DNA from: the human T2T-CHM13v2.0 reference genome, Homo sapiens
Assembly (NCBI RefSeq): GCF_009914755.1
Contig: NC_060932.1
DNA length: 64,000 nt
Strand: one strand, 5' to 3'
Positions 13,845 through 27,836 of this stretch are shown piece after piece. Made by a program: the position numbers and the translations under genes. Under the pieces are notes generated by a model that searched no databases, was not told where the DNA came from, and worked only from the letters and a program-made list of their open reading frames with translations. Within the stretch, counting starts at the first letter, position 1, and each line of letters starts with the position of its first letter.

Positions 13845-14193
13845 TGCTAACAACTGAATGTTTCTGACCTCCTTAAATTCCTATGTTGAAACCTGATCGC
13901 CAAGGTGATGCTATTTGGAGGTGAGGCATTTGGTGTGTGATTAGGTCATGAGGGTACAGCCTTCACGAATGGAATTAGAGCCTTTACAAAGGGGACTCCA
14001 GAGAGTCCTTCACCACTTCAGGAGATGGCCAGCCGCCAGTGAACCAGGAAGCAGGCCCTCCCCAGATACTGTGTCTGCTGGTGCCTTGATCTTGGACTTC
14101 ACAGCCTTAAAAACAGTGATAAATAAATTTCTGGGATTTTTTGCCCCCCTAGTCTATGGCATTTTTTTTATGGCAGCCCAAACAGACCAAGGC
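13845..14193 (+). mobile_element. MaLR solo LTR (MLT1A-like)
   Basis: AAATTCCTATGTTGAAACC...GATTAGGTCATGAGGG...GCCTTGATCTTGGACTTC...GGCAGCCCAAACAGAC. Confidence 0.75.
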
Positions 14194-16305
14194 AGGTGCT
14201 GTCTCCCTCCGGGTCCAATTTAGAAATTTGGGCTCTGCCAGTTGCATTCCCAGTCCCCACCTGACACTCCCCACATGTTCACATTTGCACTGCCCTTTCC
14301 ATTTCTAGTCTCCCTCTGTGCCTTGTGTTAGTTGTTTGTTTGCCTGTACCTCTCTCACCTGCAACCTCCTGAGGAAGAGACACACCTTGTTCCTCACTGC
14401 TGCCCAGCCCAGGAACTGGGCCATGAGAAGTCATTTGTCCATTTGCTAAATGCATGCATGGCAGATCCTATGGGCTGGCTCGTACACCACCCATCCTAAC
14501 TACCTTCTTCCTGGTTTTCTCTTGTAGAGACTGGAAAGCAATCATGTTTTATTTCTCAGCTTATTTTTTTAGCCAGGACTGGCCAAATACCTCATGTTTG
14601 CAGAAGTCAAGGAGATGATTCCACTCCCAAATAAAAGAGCAAAATCTTGAGAAAATCATTTGCCTTCCTGCCCTGCCCATTTCTTCTTGCCTGTAATGCT
14701 GACATTCAACTGTGTACATGCTGTAGCCATCTTGCATCCGTGAGGCACTCAGTACAAGGGGGAAAGCCAACATACTCAAATGGAGAACATAAGGAGGGAT
14801 GGAACCTGGGTCCCTACTGACATCACTGAGATCATATTGGTCCTCAACTGCCTACCACTGGGCTTCCTATGTTGGCAGCCACATAAACCCTATTTTCTTT
14901 CTCCACTGTGGTCAGATGTCTGTTATGTGTAGCAGATCCCCTGATACTTGCATGAATGAATGAGGGACCCCGCATCAACGGGTGGGGTGCATAAAGGGCA
15001 TTGGAGAGCATCAGCATTGAATTTGGCCCAATGCTGCAGATCAAGGGCTGCTATTCATGGTGTCCCTGGACATACAGAGGCTCAGCGAGGATGATGGCTT
15101 GCAGAAGAACACACAATTGAGCATTGGCAAAATCGATATGCATTCTTTACCTTGTTATACAATGTCTCTTTTGTAAGCATGTTGCAAGGTGCTGGGCATA
15201 CAGAAGGTATTCACTGTATTCCTTTGTTAAATAATCCTAGCAGAAATAAAAGAAGTGTTGCTTGATTGGGAAGTCACCTTTCTTTTTCTCCAGGTAACCG
15301 CAACGTAATCGAACACATCCCAAGACACTTTATACAAATGTAACATCAATTCCCTTTCTCCCTTGCCTAGCCTTTGGAGTTCCTGGACATCACCAGTGTT
15401 ATTGATTCTTGGTCCAGTGCAAATGTAGATGGGATGTGTCACACTCCAAGGAAATGTCATTTGAGGAAACAGATCAATAAGTTTGATTATTCACATTACA
15501 AAGGAATCCAGGCTAGTGCAGTGGAATAATTGGTTGTAGGAAAAGAATTACTATAGAAAGACAATGCTGCTTGGTGGAAAAAGTCCCAGTCTTTAAGACA
15601 GCTCTGTCTCTTACTATCTGGGCTATCTTTCCATGCTTTTTATAGAATAATAATAGTCATGGGGTAGAAATAACTACAATCACAATGATGATGATGCTAA
15701 TTTAACCTTCTAAGTTGTTTTTTTATGTGTGAACTACTTAAACTGAGTGTAAACAAACAAGCAAGCAAGCAAACCTAGAAGAGTGCTGGACCACTCAGAA
15801 ATCAATATTAGTGGTTAAGAGTATAGTTATGGGAAGCCCTCAAACAAGAAGAGAAAGTTATTTGAAGAACAATTAGATCTAATATGGGAAGCTTTTCATC
15901 CATAGCATGAACAGGTGTTACAGGTAAGGAGCATTTGACTTGGAAAATTTTCCTCTCTGTAAAGCCAGACCCAGACATTGTCTGCCTTTGCCCCATGGAC
16001 ACTACACCCTCAAGCTCTTCACACTGTATTTGAGTCTGTTATGAACCTGGGAGGGTCTTCTTTTCTCCAGGGATATGCAGAGAATTCTGATTCTCAAAAA
16101 ATCTGGACGGACAAGGGGATATTTTCTTATCAGTATTGAATGGGTTGAAGAGGGATGTTTTTTAAATAGACACCTGTCACCCGATTCCTGATTTGAGAGG
16201 CCACTGCTATTAGTGGGACTTTGGCCATCAACATCATGAGGGCAGAAACCACATCTGCATTCTCAGTGCACTGTCTGACATGTAGTAGATGCTCAGTACA
16301 TATTT

Positions 16306-16803
16306 GTGGAAGAAAGGGATAAAGGAAGGAGGAAAGAAGGGGGTATAGGGATAGAAGAATGGAAAGAAGGAAGGAAGAGAGGGAGGAAGGAAGAGAGGAA
16401 GAGAAAGAGGGAGGGAGAGAATGAAGGAAGAAAGAAAAGAAAGGAGATGGGGAGGAAGGAAAGAAGAAAGGAAGGGAGGGAGAGAAAGAAGGAAGAAAGA
16501 AAAGAAAGGAGATGGGGAAGAAGGAAAGAAAGGAAGGGAGGGAGAGAGGGAGAAAGAAAAGAAGGAAGGAAGGAAAGGAGGAAGGAAGACAAAGAAGGAA
16601 GAAAGAAAGGAGAAAAGAAGGGAGGAAGGGAGGAAAGACAGAAGAAAGAGAGTGAAAGAGGGGAGGAAGGTAGGAGAGAAGGAAGGAGGGAAAGAAGGGA
16701 AGGAGGAATGAAAAGAGAAAGGGAAGGAGGGGAGGAGGGAAGGAGGGGAGAAAGAAAGGAAGGAAGAAAGTGACAGAAGGTTCAAGGAAGAAAGGAGGGA
16801 GGA
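16306..16803. repeat. Polypurine GA-rich tract (about 500 bp) extending from an L2-like 3' end
   Basis: GGAA/GAAA/GGGA mosaic preceded by TAGATGCTCAGTACATATTTGTGGA. Confidence 0.92.
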
Positions 16804-18176
16804 ACCTCAGGTTGTTGAGGCAGGGCAATACCTGAGAGCCCCAGGTTTAGAGGCAGTATTGCCTATTGTCTTACGAACTCGAACTAGTGCAGAGGCTGGG
16901 ATTCTGTTCCCAGCTCCATCACTCATTAGCTATGTGACTTTGGTCAGGTCACCTCCCATCTCAGAATGCTGACACTTTGGAACTGACTCTGGGACACAAA
17001 AGTTATCAAAATAGATAAGGCAAATCACCTCACTTTCATCTCAGGTATAGAAGTGATCTCAGAATGTGATTGGTACAATGATAGCAAGATTTGCCCTTAA
17101 GCATCTTTTGAAGCTGACAAAAGTTGACACGGAATATAAGACTTTTTGTCAAAGGATGTTCTGATGCTGAACCCACAGGTCTCCCAGCTGGCCCTTATCC
17201 TTCTGTGGGGAAAGTCAATAAAAAGCCTTTAATGAAAAATATTCTAGTTTGGGGATGTGGAAAGCAAGATATGAGTGTGGGTTAGGGTCCCTCAGACTGA
17301 GCTCTTTGGTAAGGTGAGGGTGGAAATCCCTTCCTAAGTCTGAGGATCTGAGTGTAGAGAGGAAATGAGTAAGGCCCAGGGGTCTTGTTGAGATGCCTTT
17401 GGTTCCATCACACGTAGCAGCCAGTGAGCAACCAAGACTCTGTGGCATGACTGTGCAAAGCAGGGCAGGAGAGGGTTCCTGAATCTCCTATGGTCTAGCT
17501 AAGGCATGGGAAGGTGAGAAAAACAGCAGAACTTGAATCACTGTCCTGTTGGGCATCAGTTGAAGACATGGCTCTCAGCAGATGTCCAGGAGAAAGGAGG
17601 AGGAAGGGCTTACCTAAAACCAACAGAATAAGACTTAGGGGCCACAGAGGGCAATAAAAGGGTCCAAAGTTGGGATATGAATGTAACCTTCCCACAGTTG
17701 CCCAGGTTTCACCATGTAAGCCCAGAGATCTTAACATCTGCTCTAAGGAAAAGTGGAATTGGGAGTACGATTGGGAGTAGGCACCTTATCATGGGCATAG
17801 GGTTTGCCAATTTCCATGATGTCAGTGTCAATTCCAGCTTGCACAACTCCTAAAAGATTAATGGTCATCTTTTACTGGCCACACGAGCACAACATGGGGC
17901 AGGAGGGAATTCCTGAATATAACTGAGCAGATCCAACATGGCTGGGAGAGTCCAGAATTTACTAAATTTTCTGCACCACGTAGAATGGGACCTAAAAGTA
18001 GAAAGAAGAGCAATACAGCGGTAAAGGAAAAATTATAGACTTCCAGAATAGGGAAGTCCAGAGTAGCTCCAAAGTTAGAGCTCAGTGGGGCTAAAATTGT
18101 ATCAAAGATGGTTGGAACCACCCAGGACTTAGCACTGTGGGAAAAGGAGAGATAGAAAGTGTTAGGAAATGACTGC

Positions 18177-18641
18177 TGTTAAGATCACAGTCCCTGGCCT
18201 CCCAGAGTCTCTTCTGTTTCCACAAAGTTCACAAGCACATAGACTGGCTCTCCTTTGCTTCAGATTATCTTTATGAGGACATCGGTGTAGCAAACAGCCT
18301 GGGAGGGAGATGGTGTCTCTCTCCAGAGTAAAAGACAGACAGGATTAGTGACTATTATAAAAGGTTTAGGGTCCCTATATTTGGAGTCCCTCTCCTGGAA
18401 TACACCCTGCTATGGGTGAAGGTGCTACCTGGCCCTCTTCACCTCGCCATGTAGGAACTGTGGCTTGTAGAATTGGTGTGACAATGATGATGCTTGGATT
18501 AAATGCCTATTGCCTGAGTCATAAATTACCCCGTGCCCCTGATCAAGGAGCTGCATAACTTCTGCAGCATCCAGGAAACTGTGCCAGGCTAACTTGGCCT
18601 GCAAATAAAGTAAAACCTCAGCCCCTTCACAGTTCTTGACA
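18177..18641 (+). mobile_element. Solo LTR, family not assigned (5-bp TSD suggests ERVL/MaLR class)
   Basis: TGTTAAG...CTTGACA inverted termini, TATAAAA near 18356, AATAAA near 18604, TSD ACTGC / ACTAC. Confidence 0.65.
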
Positions 18642-21209
18642 ACTACAAATCCAGATTATGAATAATTGCCATGTGTCAGATCATACGACAGGCACTTTAA
18701 GAGTTTGGAAACACAGCTGACTAGAGTGAGGAGGTTTGGAAGCACAATTTCCTGGAGTTGAATGTCACGGTCTGATCCCATGGGTAAGGAAACTGAAAAT
18801 GGGAGAAACAAAGGTCTTGCCCCAAATTCTGAGGATAGGGAAAGGCAGGGCTTGTGTTTGACAGAGGTCTGCCTGGCTCTAGAGCCCATAATGTGTGCCC
18901 TAAACTGGAAGCCCTCCAAAGCTTTATGCAACTTTAGGAGGTGAGGGTAGACTTTGGAAGAGCCCTGACTTTCACAGCCAAAGACAGGTTGGAGAAGGCA
19001 GTGGCAGCTGCATGGGCTTTGGGTTTTACAGATCTGGAAGGCAGTCCTGGCTCAGTCCCTGTACCTTAAGGAAACTCAAACAACTTATTTGGCCTTTCTG
19101 AGCCTAATCTCTCTCATTTGTGAAATGGGAGAAAACAGTGCTTACCTCACAAAGTAGCCATAGCTTAACCAGATAAAGTGAGTGAAGTTCCTAGCAAGAT
19201 GTCTGCAAAGATCCAGAACTAAGAATAGTTCCTCTCCAAGGAAGCATTCTTCCAATGGTAGCAATTATGATCATTCAATAGGATGCTGGAGAACCAAGTC
19301 TAGGGTGTTGAACAGCAGATGAGAGAACTAAATTTAGGGAGGGGCGAACTCTCTCATGTTCCGTTCCCAATGCGTGTTAGTGTTTGAGTCTGGATGGGAC
19401 CTCATCTCCAGCTCGGTCAGTCCATGTGTCTCCACCCCTCCCTGCCACTACTGCTCAATGTCCCTACCTGCCTCTGTGCCCCTTTCCACACAGTTCAAAA
19501 GGATCCAGCCACCTCTCTCAGGAACCCAACATTTCTCTATTTAATGCTTTTCTCTCCTATCTGGGTACAAGCTCTACAGGGGCGGGATCCATGCCTATTG
19601 ATGTTTGCTGTATCCCAGCCTCAGCATGGTGCCTGGCACAGACTGGGGGCTTGATGGATTTCTGTATAAAAGCTACAAATGAGTGCACAAATACATGCAT
19701 GAATAAAACACTCTGAGGCATACTGCAGGCCTGCAGGAAAGGAAAGATTAGGAAGAGTGGGGATGTGTGAGTAAGGAAGGGCAGCATGGAGATGAGACAA
19801 GGACACAGAAGCTTGCCTGGGTCTGATGTGTCCTCTCTGTGGGGGCTGCAGGTGGCACTGAAGATGGCAGGGCCCCAGATGCAGCGGCTGGCCCAGGCAG
19901 ATGGTGCCATCTTTATCATCTCTTCTGCCTGTTGAGAAATCCTTTCACATTTATTCAACACAGTGAGGGGTGTTTGTTGGCCAGAGCCTAGGAACTGGTG
20001 AGGGAGATGAAGGGGTGAACAGAGAGGACCCTGGGGGTGGGCACAACATTGGTGGGGCAGCTGAGCCATTGATGTAGAAGGTCAGGGGTGCTTCTCAGAA
20101 GCGGCAGCACCTGAGCTGAGTCTTTAGGGAGTGTTGGGATCCTCTTTATACAGAAATGAGCCAGCTTCAGGCTCCTTCAGGGTCCACGACAGCCAGCACA
20201 ATGCCAAGTGCTATGATCAACCCACTGTGCCCAACTGGGCCAGCCAAGGCCTTTTGTGCTTTGCACCAATCATGTGGGAAGCCAGCCCTGATTTCTCAGG
20301 ATAATGCCAGTGCTGAGAGTGAGCCTGGCAGGGTGTTAGGAGCATGGGCTTTTCAGCTGGACAGACCTGGTCCAAGTCTAAGCTACCCCAGCACTGATTG
20401 TGTAACTGCACCTGTCTGAATTTTGGTGTTTTTATTTGCTAAACTGGAAAAATACAAGTACTTGTATGTTTTTCACAAGTAATGAGATAATCCATGGGAG
20501 GTGCTGTTGTCATTGTTGTTGTTATTATTTTTGGTTTCCTTCTGATTTTACCGTTTCTGTGTTCATATCCAGGCAAGTTTTGGCATCTTCACCACCTTCA
20601 TGCCTGGGCAGTGCCAGCTTCTAACAGGACTCTGTGGATGGTCCCCAGGCAACCACGAGGGCTCAGCTCCAAGATTCTGTGACAGCTGGTGTTACCAGTG
20701 GGAAAGGGTGTTTCCACCTTAAGTGGGAAGCTTAAGGCAGGACCAGTCTGACCTGTCAGCTTGTTTATTTACATGGCAAATTGCATTTTCTACTTCATTA
20801 GCCACCATGCTGCACCCAGGAGCTTCTTCTGGGCACTGGCTCTGATCAGGGATTGGAGTATCTTTGTTCTGGGGCCAGAGGAAGATGGGTTGGGAAAGGA
20901 GGGGAGTTTGGGGGACACTGCCAACCCAGGAAGCATCTGCAGAAAGAAAACTGACACTGTGAACTGGGGCAAGAAATGCTGAAAACCTGTGGGCTTTTCC
21001 AACATACAATTTACTGGAAATGAATGTGCTGCTACCTCAATATAAACCAGGGTGTATTTCTTTTCTTCTCTGAGTCACGATATTTTCCTCTACAAAACAC
21101 AGCTTCTGCCAAGGTGGTTATGATGACCATGCTCACAAATGATGCCTGTGCGTGCAGTTCTGTAAACTCCAAAGTCAAAAGCAAAGAGGGTGGGTGGTGA
21201 AGGAGAATA

Positions 21210-21608
21210 GATATGGCTTCAATGCTTTTGTTCTCTCTAACATTCATGTTGAAAATTAATTCCCAATGTGACAGCATTGGAAAGTGTGGAGTTTGGGGGA
21301 TGATTCAGTCACGAGGACTCTGTCCTCAGGAATGGGATTAGGTGCCCTTATTAAAGGGCTTGATGCAGGGAGTTTGACCCTTTTGCCCTTCTGCCTTCTG
21401 CCATATGAAAACACAGCATTCTTTCCCTCTGGAGGATGCAGCATTCAGGGCACCATCTTGGAAGCAGAGAGCAGCCCTCACCAGAAAACAGACCTGCTAT
21501 CACTTTGATCTTTGACTTCCCAGCCTCCAGAACTGTGAGGAATAAACTTCTGTTCTTCAAACATTCCTCAGTCTATGTTCTGTTACAGCAGCCCAAACAG
21601 ATTAATAA
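21210..21608 (+). mobile_element. MaLR solo LTR (MST-type)
   Basis: ATTCATGTTGAAA...CACCATCTTGGAAGCAGAGAGC...GACTTCCCAGCCTCCAGAACTGTGAG. Confidence 0.75.
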
Positions 21609-22729
21609 AGGAGCAAAGCTCCCTTTGTCCTATCACAGCCACTTAAATCCATCTTGGGGAAGATAACCACAATGAAAAAGTTATGTGTCTCAGTTTATCC
21701 ATCTTCAACATGAGGGCAGGAACATCTATTGCCAAAAGTGCTGTGAGAATCAAATTGGATAAGGCACACACATCTCCAAGCACACTCTCCAGCACTTGAA
21801 AGATGCTCAGTTCTCTGAGCCTCAGTTTCCCTGATTTGTCTAATGGTGAGGTTGAATAATAAATTTAGAAGAGCAAAGAAATCACTTCCTAGAATCCAGG
21901 CCTCATGTGCTCAGTGCACTACCTTACTTATTCCCATAAAGGTGAGACAAGTTAGGGTTTTGATTATCCCATTTTACAGATAAGGAGAGTGAGATGTGGA
22001 GAGGTAAAGTGTCTTGTACATACTCACATCTCCAGGAAGTGACAAAGGTGAGATCCTGTCTTAAGATCCCAGGCTTTCATGGACCACCCTAAGTTGTCGA
22101 TAGAAGTTGGACTGGACCATGGTCCTTCAGTCCTCCTCTGGGAAGCTGCTATGACACACAGGACCTCGAGGGCTGATTGAACCCAGCAGTCTGCAAGCTG
22201 AGTGTGAACTCCTTTGAATTTCACAAAGACTTTTGAGGGTGTGGATGGCTTGAAGGAAACTCCTTCTACCTGCTCAACATCTGTAAGTGCTCTTTGAAAA
22301 GTGATCCAACTAAAGATGCATCTGGGCTCTGCCAGCTTTCCTCTCTCCCCATGCCTTTGCAGAACTTCTGTTCCCTTTTTGTAAAGGAAAGCCATTCTTC
22401 ATCCTGAATGTAGCCTCTGGAGCATCAAACCAAGGTAGAAATTCTGTGAGTGCCAAGTGAAGGAGCTTCTGTGAGAAATACTGAAGGTGGTGGGGCCTTA
22501 TTTCAACCAGGCATCAAACACAGGCAAAAGCAAGTGTCAGATCTAGTTCTCTCTCTCTTTCTCTTGTTGTCTATTTATCTCCTATGTATCTATCCATTCA
22601 TCCACTCACATTAATCTGGCTATCATCTTCTCTCTACTTATCCTTCTATTCATTCATCCATCTTCCCATCGATCCGTATATCCATATAGCCAATCAGCTA
22701 TCTCTCTTAAAATTTGATTTCAGGAATGA

Positions 22730-23230
22730 GAAGGTTAACAGAGCTTGTATATTAACACATCTCCTTCAATTTTAGAATAAAGTCAGGCTCTCCTGTCAGT
22801 AAATTGGATTTGGCTGATGGGTTTGACAATAAGAACTGGCTTTGCCAACTAAGCTACATGGCAGATATTTTTCATGAATTAAATAAATTAGGTCAGGCAC
22901 AGGGGCTCACACTTGTAACCCCAGCGCTTTGTGAGGCCCAGGTGGAAAAAATTGCTTGAGGCTAAGAGTTCTGGCCCTTTTTCTACAAAAAAATTTTTTA
23001 AATTATTTGGTCGTGGTGGCACGTGTCTATAGTCCTAGGTAGTTGGGAGTCTGAGGTGAGAGGATCGCATGAGCCCAGGAGTTTGAGGCTGTAGTGAGCT
23101 ATGATTGTGCCACTGCACTCCAGCCTGGGAAACAGAGCAAGACTCTGTCCCTAAAGTTAATTAATTAATTAATTAAAAAAAGTTAAACCTGAATTCCACA
23201 GTTTTGACCAAATCGAGTTAAAGCATTATA
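22730..23230 (+). mobile_element. Charlie/Buster-type hAT transposase fragment, split by an AluJ
   Basis: Reads NWLCQLSYMADIFHELNKL before the Alu and KLNL after it, matching the WLxxLAYLxDIFxxLNxLN motif. Confidence 0.6.
22891..23180 (+). mobile_element. AluJ, degraded with an internal deletion
   Basis: GGTCAGGCACAGGGGCTCAC...GAGCCCAGGAGTTTGAGGCTGTAGTGAGCTATG. Confidence 0.88.
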
Positions 23231-23246
23231 CAATATTCCAGACCTG

Positions 23247-23544
<298 letters not shown>

Positions 23545-23553
23545 ATTCCAGAC

Positions 23554-23872
23554 CTGCACCATCCAAATGATAGCCACCAGCCACATGTGGCTACTAAGCA
23601 CTCGAAATGTGGCTGTCAAAATTGAGATGTACCATAGTATAAAACACAACGGAGTTCAAAGATTTAATGTGAAAAAAGAATGTAAAGTAGCTTATTACTA
23701 TTTATCATATTGACTATAGGTTGAAATGATAATATTTTGAATATATTGAGTTAAATAACATATATTATTAAAATTAATTTCATCTGTTCCTCTTTTACTC
23801 TTTAAATTGTGTTTAATAGAAAATTTAAAATTGCATATGATGTTCTCATTATATTTCTATTGGACAGTGCTG
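23554..23872. mobile_element. MER33-like hAT MITE
   Basis: TAGCCACCAGCCACATGTGGCTA...CTATTGGACAGTGCTG. Confidence 0.8.
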
Positions 23873-24431
23873 CTTCAGAGAACAGATTCCTTGGAATTAT
23901 TTAAATGTATGGCAAAGTTTTACATTTCTATTTATAATGTCACAGTGGTACATATTGTTCAAAATTCTCATAGAAGGTATACAAGCAAAGATTCCATATT
24001 TTACAGGTGGAAAAATTCTGGCTTTTCTAATTTTGTGGTTTTGTGAGAATTCTATAATGGGCACAGAAAATTTACTTTCAACCTATCGCGTCTTGACAAA
24101 TATAGGGATATTGACCTTAATAAAGCTCCTGCAAAGGTTAACGGAAGACTTCCCTTTGGAGAGCATATCTTTTGCGTGTGCTCTGAGACCTTCTAGCATT
24201 TGCCAACTACTGAGAAGCTATCTGTCGTTTGGCCAGGCCCCTCCTTCTCCCCCACCCCAGGTCTGAAAGAGAATGGGGGAGAGAGTAAGAGACGGGCTGA
24301 GGGCAAGAGGATAGGGTCTGGGTCCGTTTACAATGGCCAACTTGCCGAGTGACCTTAAGAAGTCACTTCCCCTCTGAGTCACACTTGGATGATCTATAAA
24401 GCATAACCTTAAAACCCACTGATTTACATGA

Positions 24432-25120
<689 letters not shown>

Positions 25121-25479
25121 ATTCTAAATTGACATTTCTCTAGCAGTGACATTCCTGTGTCCTCATCTGTGTGATGGGCATAACACATTCCCTGGCCTCC
25201 TGGGGCTGTTGGGAGGGTTGACTTAATCAATACATCACTGTATTGGAACAGAACGTGGCCTGTAGCATTAAAATGTGCCTGCTCTTTCTTGAAGTGCTGT
25301 CTGTGTACTCTGAAGAACACAGTCTTCAGAAGAAGTCTGTGAGGACACAGTTGTCCCATTTTACAGAGAACGATGTTGTGCTCAGCCTCAGAGAGATGCA
25401 AACCCACCCAGCATGTTAATGTCAAAACTGGTCAGGATTGAACCTGAGGACCTGGGACTCCACTCTCAGGGACTCTTAT

Positions 25480-26152
25480 TTCTAATCATGGCAAAATATA
25501 TGTAACATAAAAGTTACCATTTTAACCATTTTTAAGAGTATAGTTCAATGGCACTATGTATATTTGCATTGTTGTGAAACTATCACTACCATCCATCTCC
25601 AGAATATTGTCATCATCACAAACTGAAACTATACCCATTAAAAAACTCCCTGTTTCCTCCTTGCCCAACCCCCGGAAAACATCATTCTACTTTCTGACTC
25701 TATAAATGTTATTACTCTAGGAGCTTCATATAAGTGGAATCACACAGTATTTTTTCTTTTGTAACTGGCTAATTTCACTAAGCAGAATGTCCTCAAGGCT
25801 CATCCATTTGTGGCAGATGTCATAATTTCCTTCCTTTTCAAGGCTGCATAATATTCCATTGTATAGATCACCACCATTTTGTTTATCCATTCATACGTTG
25901 ATAGACACTTGGGTTGTTTCCACCTTTCAGCTATTATGAATGATGCAGTTATGGACATGAGTATACAAATATCTACCTGAGTCCTTGCTTTTAATTATTT
26001 TGCATATATACTCAAAAGTAGCATTGCTGAATCACATGGTCATTCTATGTTTAATTTTTTGAGGACCCACCGCACTGTTTTCCACAGAAGCTATAATTTT
26101 ACATTCCCACCAACAGAGTTCCCAATTCTCTACATCCTTGCCAACACTTGTG
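25480..26152 (-). mobile_element. L1MB-type 3' end
   Basis: ACCATTTTAACCATTTTTAAG...CATCCATCTCCAGAA...ACATTCCCACCAACA...CCTTGCCAACACTTG. Confidence 0.8.
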
Positions 26153-27029
26153 CACAGGCCTCTTTTTAAAACCAGCTCAGAGTCTACCCATGTGAGGACA
26201 AAGTAGCTGCTCAAAAAACTCTGGCTGCTTGGCAAGCAATGGAGCATGGAGACCACACCAGGAGGCTGTCAGACACTTTGGTGGCCTGTCCAGGCCACTG
26301 GGATGATTGGAGCCCAGAGCCATATGTGAAAACTGAGATACTAAAATCTCTTCATGCAGGTTTCAAAGGCCAGATAAGTACCTGCCTCTATTGGCTCTCA
26401 CTACTGCATGGCAACCGTGATCCCTCCCCAAAGCCTCCTTTTTCTGAAGCCTTCTCATTAGGGTAAGCAGGGCCTTCACTTATCTGGCAGATCAGGTCAA
26501 AAGTCTTAGAGTCACATGACTTGTCTATTTCTCTCACATTCAACCCCACTTCATCAACAACTCTTGTCAGCTCTACCATTGATGTCTATCCAGAATACTA
26601 TCACTTTTCACCTCCTCCCCTGACCAGCCTGGTCCACACCACCTTTATTTCTCACCAAGGTCCCATTGAGGCCATAAGGATCCTCTCAAAACCTGGGGCA
26701 GCTTAGAGTGTTCACCTGCTCAGAGCCTCCAGAGCTGATGCCCTCACCAAGGTCAAATCCAAAGGAAGTCCCCACCACCACCTACAGGATTATAGGATCT
26801 CCTTCCAGGCCTGGTGACTTTGCTAACTCACCTTCTAACTCTCCCTTGCACTCTCACATTCCTCCATGGCCTATGCAGTGGCTGTTCCTCTATAGGAATG
26901 TCCTTTTCCTGGGATGGCTCTCTTCTCCAGCAACTCTGCTCAAATGTGTCTTGTTGGTGAGGACTTCCCCAACTTCCCTTTATACAACAGCACCACCCTG
27001 CCCTGGGCTGCACAGTCATCTCACCCTTT

Positions 27030-27836
27030 GGGTTACTTTCCTGGAGCTTCCCTAACAAATTACCACAAACACAGGGTCTTAAAACAACAGAAATTTATTC
27101 TCTCAAAGTTCTAGGGGCCATAAGTTGGAAATCAAGATGTCAATAGAGCTGTGTTTCCATACAAGCTCTAGGGGAGAGCCCTTCTGTATTAATCTGTTTT
27201 CACACTGCTATAAAGAACTGCCTGAGACTGGGTGTTTATAAAGAAAAGAGTTTAACTGACTCACAGTGCCACATGACTGGGGAGGCCCCAGGAAACTTAC
27301 AGTCATGACAGAAGGCAAAGGGGAAGCAAGGCACATCTTACATAGCGGCAGGAGAGAGAGCCAGAGATCAGCCAAACACTTTTAAACCATCAGACCTTGT
27401 GAGAACTTACTCACTATCAGGAGAAGAGCATAGGGGAAACTGCCCCCACAATCCAATCATCTCTCACCAGGTCTCTCCCTCAACATGTGGGGATTACAAT
27501 TCAAGATGAGATTTGGGAGGGGATACAGACAGAGCCTAACCCTATCCCCTTCCTTGCCTCTTCCAGTTCCTGGTGACTCCAGGCATCCCTTGGCTGTGGC
27601 TGCGTCACTCCAATCTCTGCCTCTGTGTTCACATGGCCTTCTTCTCCATGTCACTGTGTGTCTTTTTCTGTCTCCTATAGGGACGGTCTTGTTAGAGGCA
27701 GGGCCCACCCTAATCCAGTATGGCCTCATCTCCATTCTTACCTTAATTATATTGGTCAAGACTGTATTTCCAAATAAGGTCACATTCTGAAGTTCTGGGT
27801 GGACATGAGCTTAGGGGACACTATTTAACTCACCAT
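27030..27836 (-). mobile_element. MLT1B/C-like LTR, host of a nested MST/THE1 LTR
   Basis: AACAAATTACCACAAAC...ACAGAAATTTATTCTCTCA...TTTCCAAATAAGGTCACATTCTGA. Confidence 0.75.
27185..27547 (-). mobile_element. MSTA/THE1D-like solo LTR
   Basis: TGTATTAATCTGTTTTCACACTGCTATAAAG...GAGATTTGGG; 5-bp TSD CCTTC (27180-27184 / 27548-27552). Confidence 0.85.

Noticed and set aside
15280-15300. Strong splice-acceptor-like site TTTCTTTTTCTCCAG|G
   Set aside because: It is an isolated motif with no convincing coding exon. A lncRNA exon cannot be supported from sequence alone.
16130-16828. Long F/L/S/P-rich and E/R/K/G-rich ORFs
   Set aside because: A low-complexity GA tract lacks stop codons.
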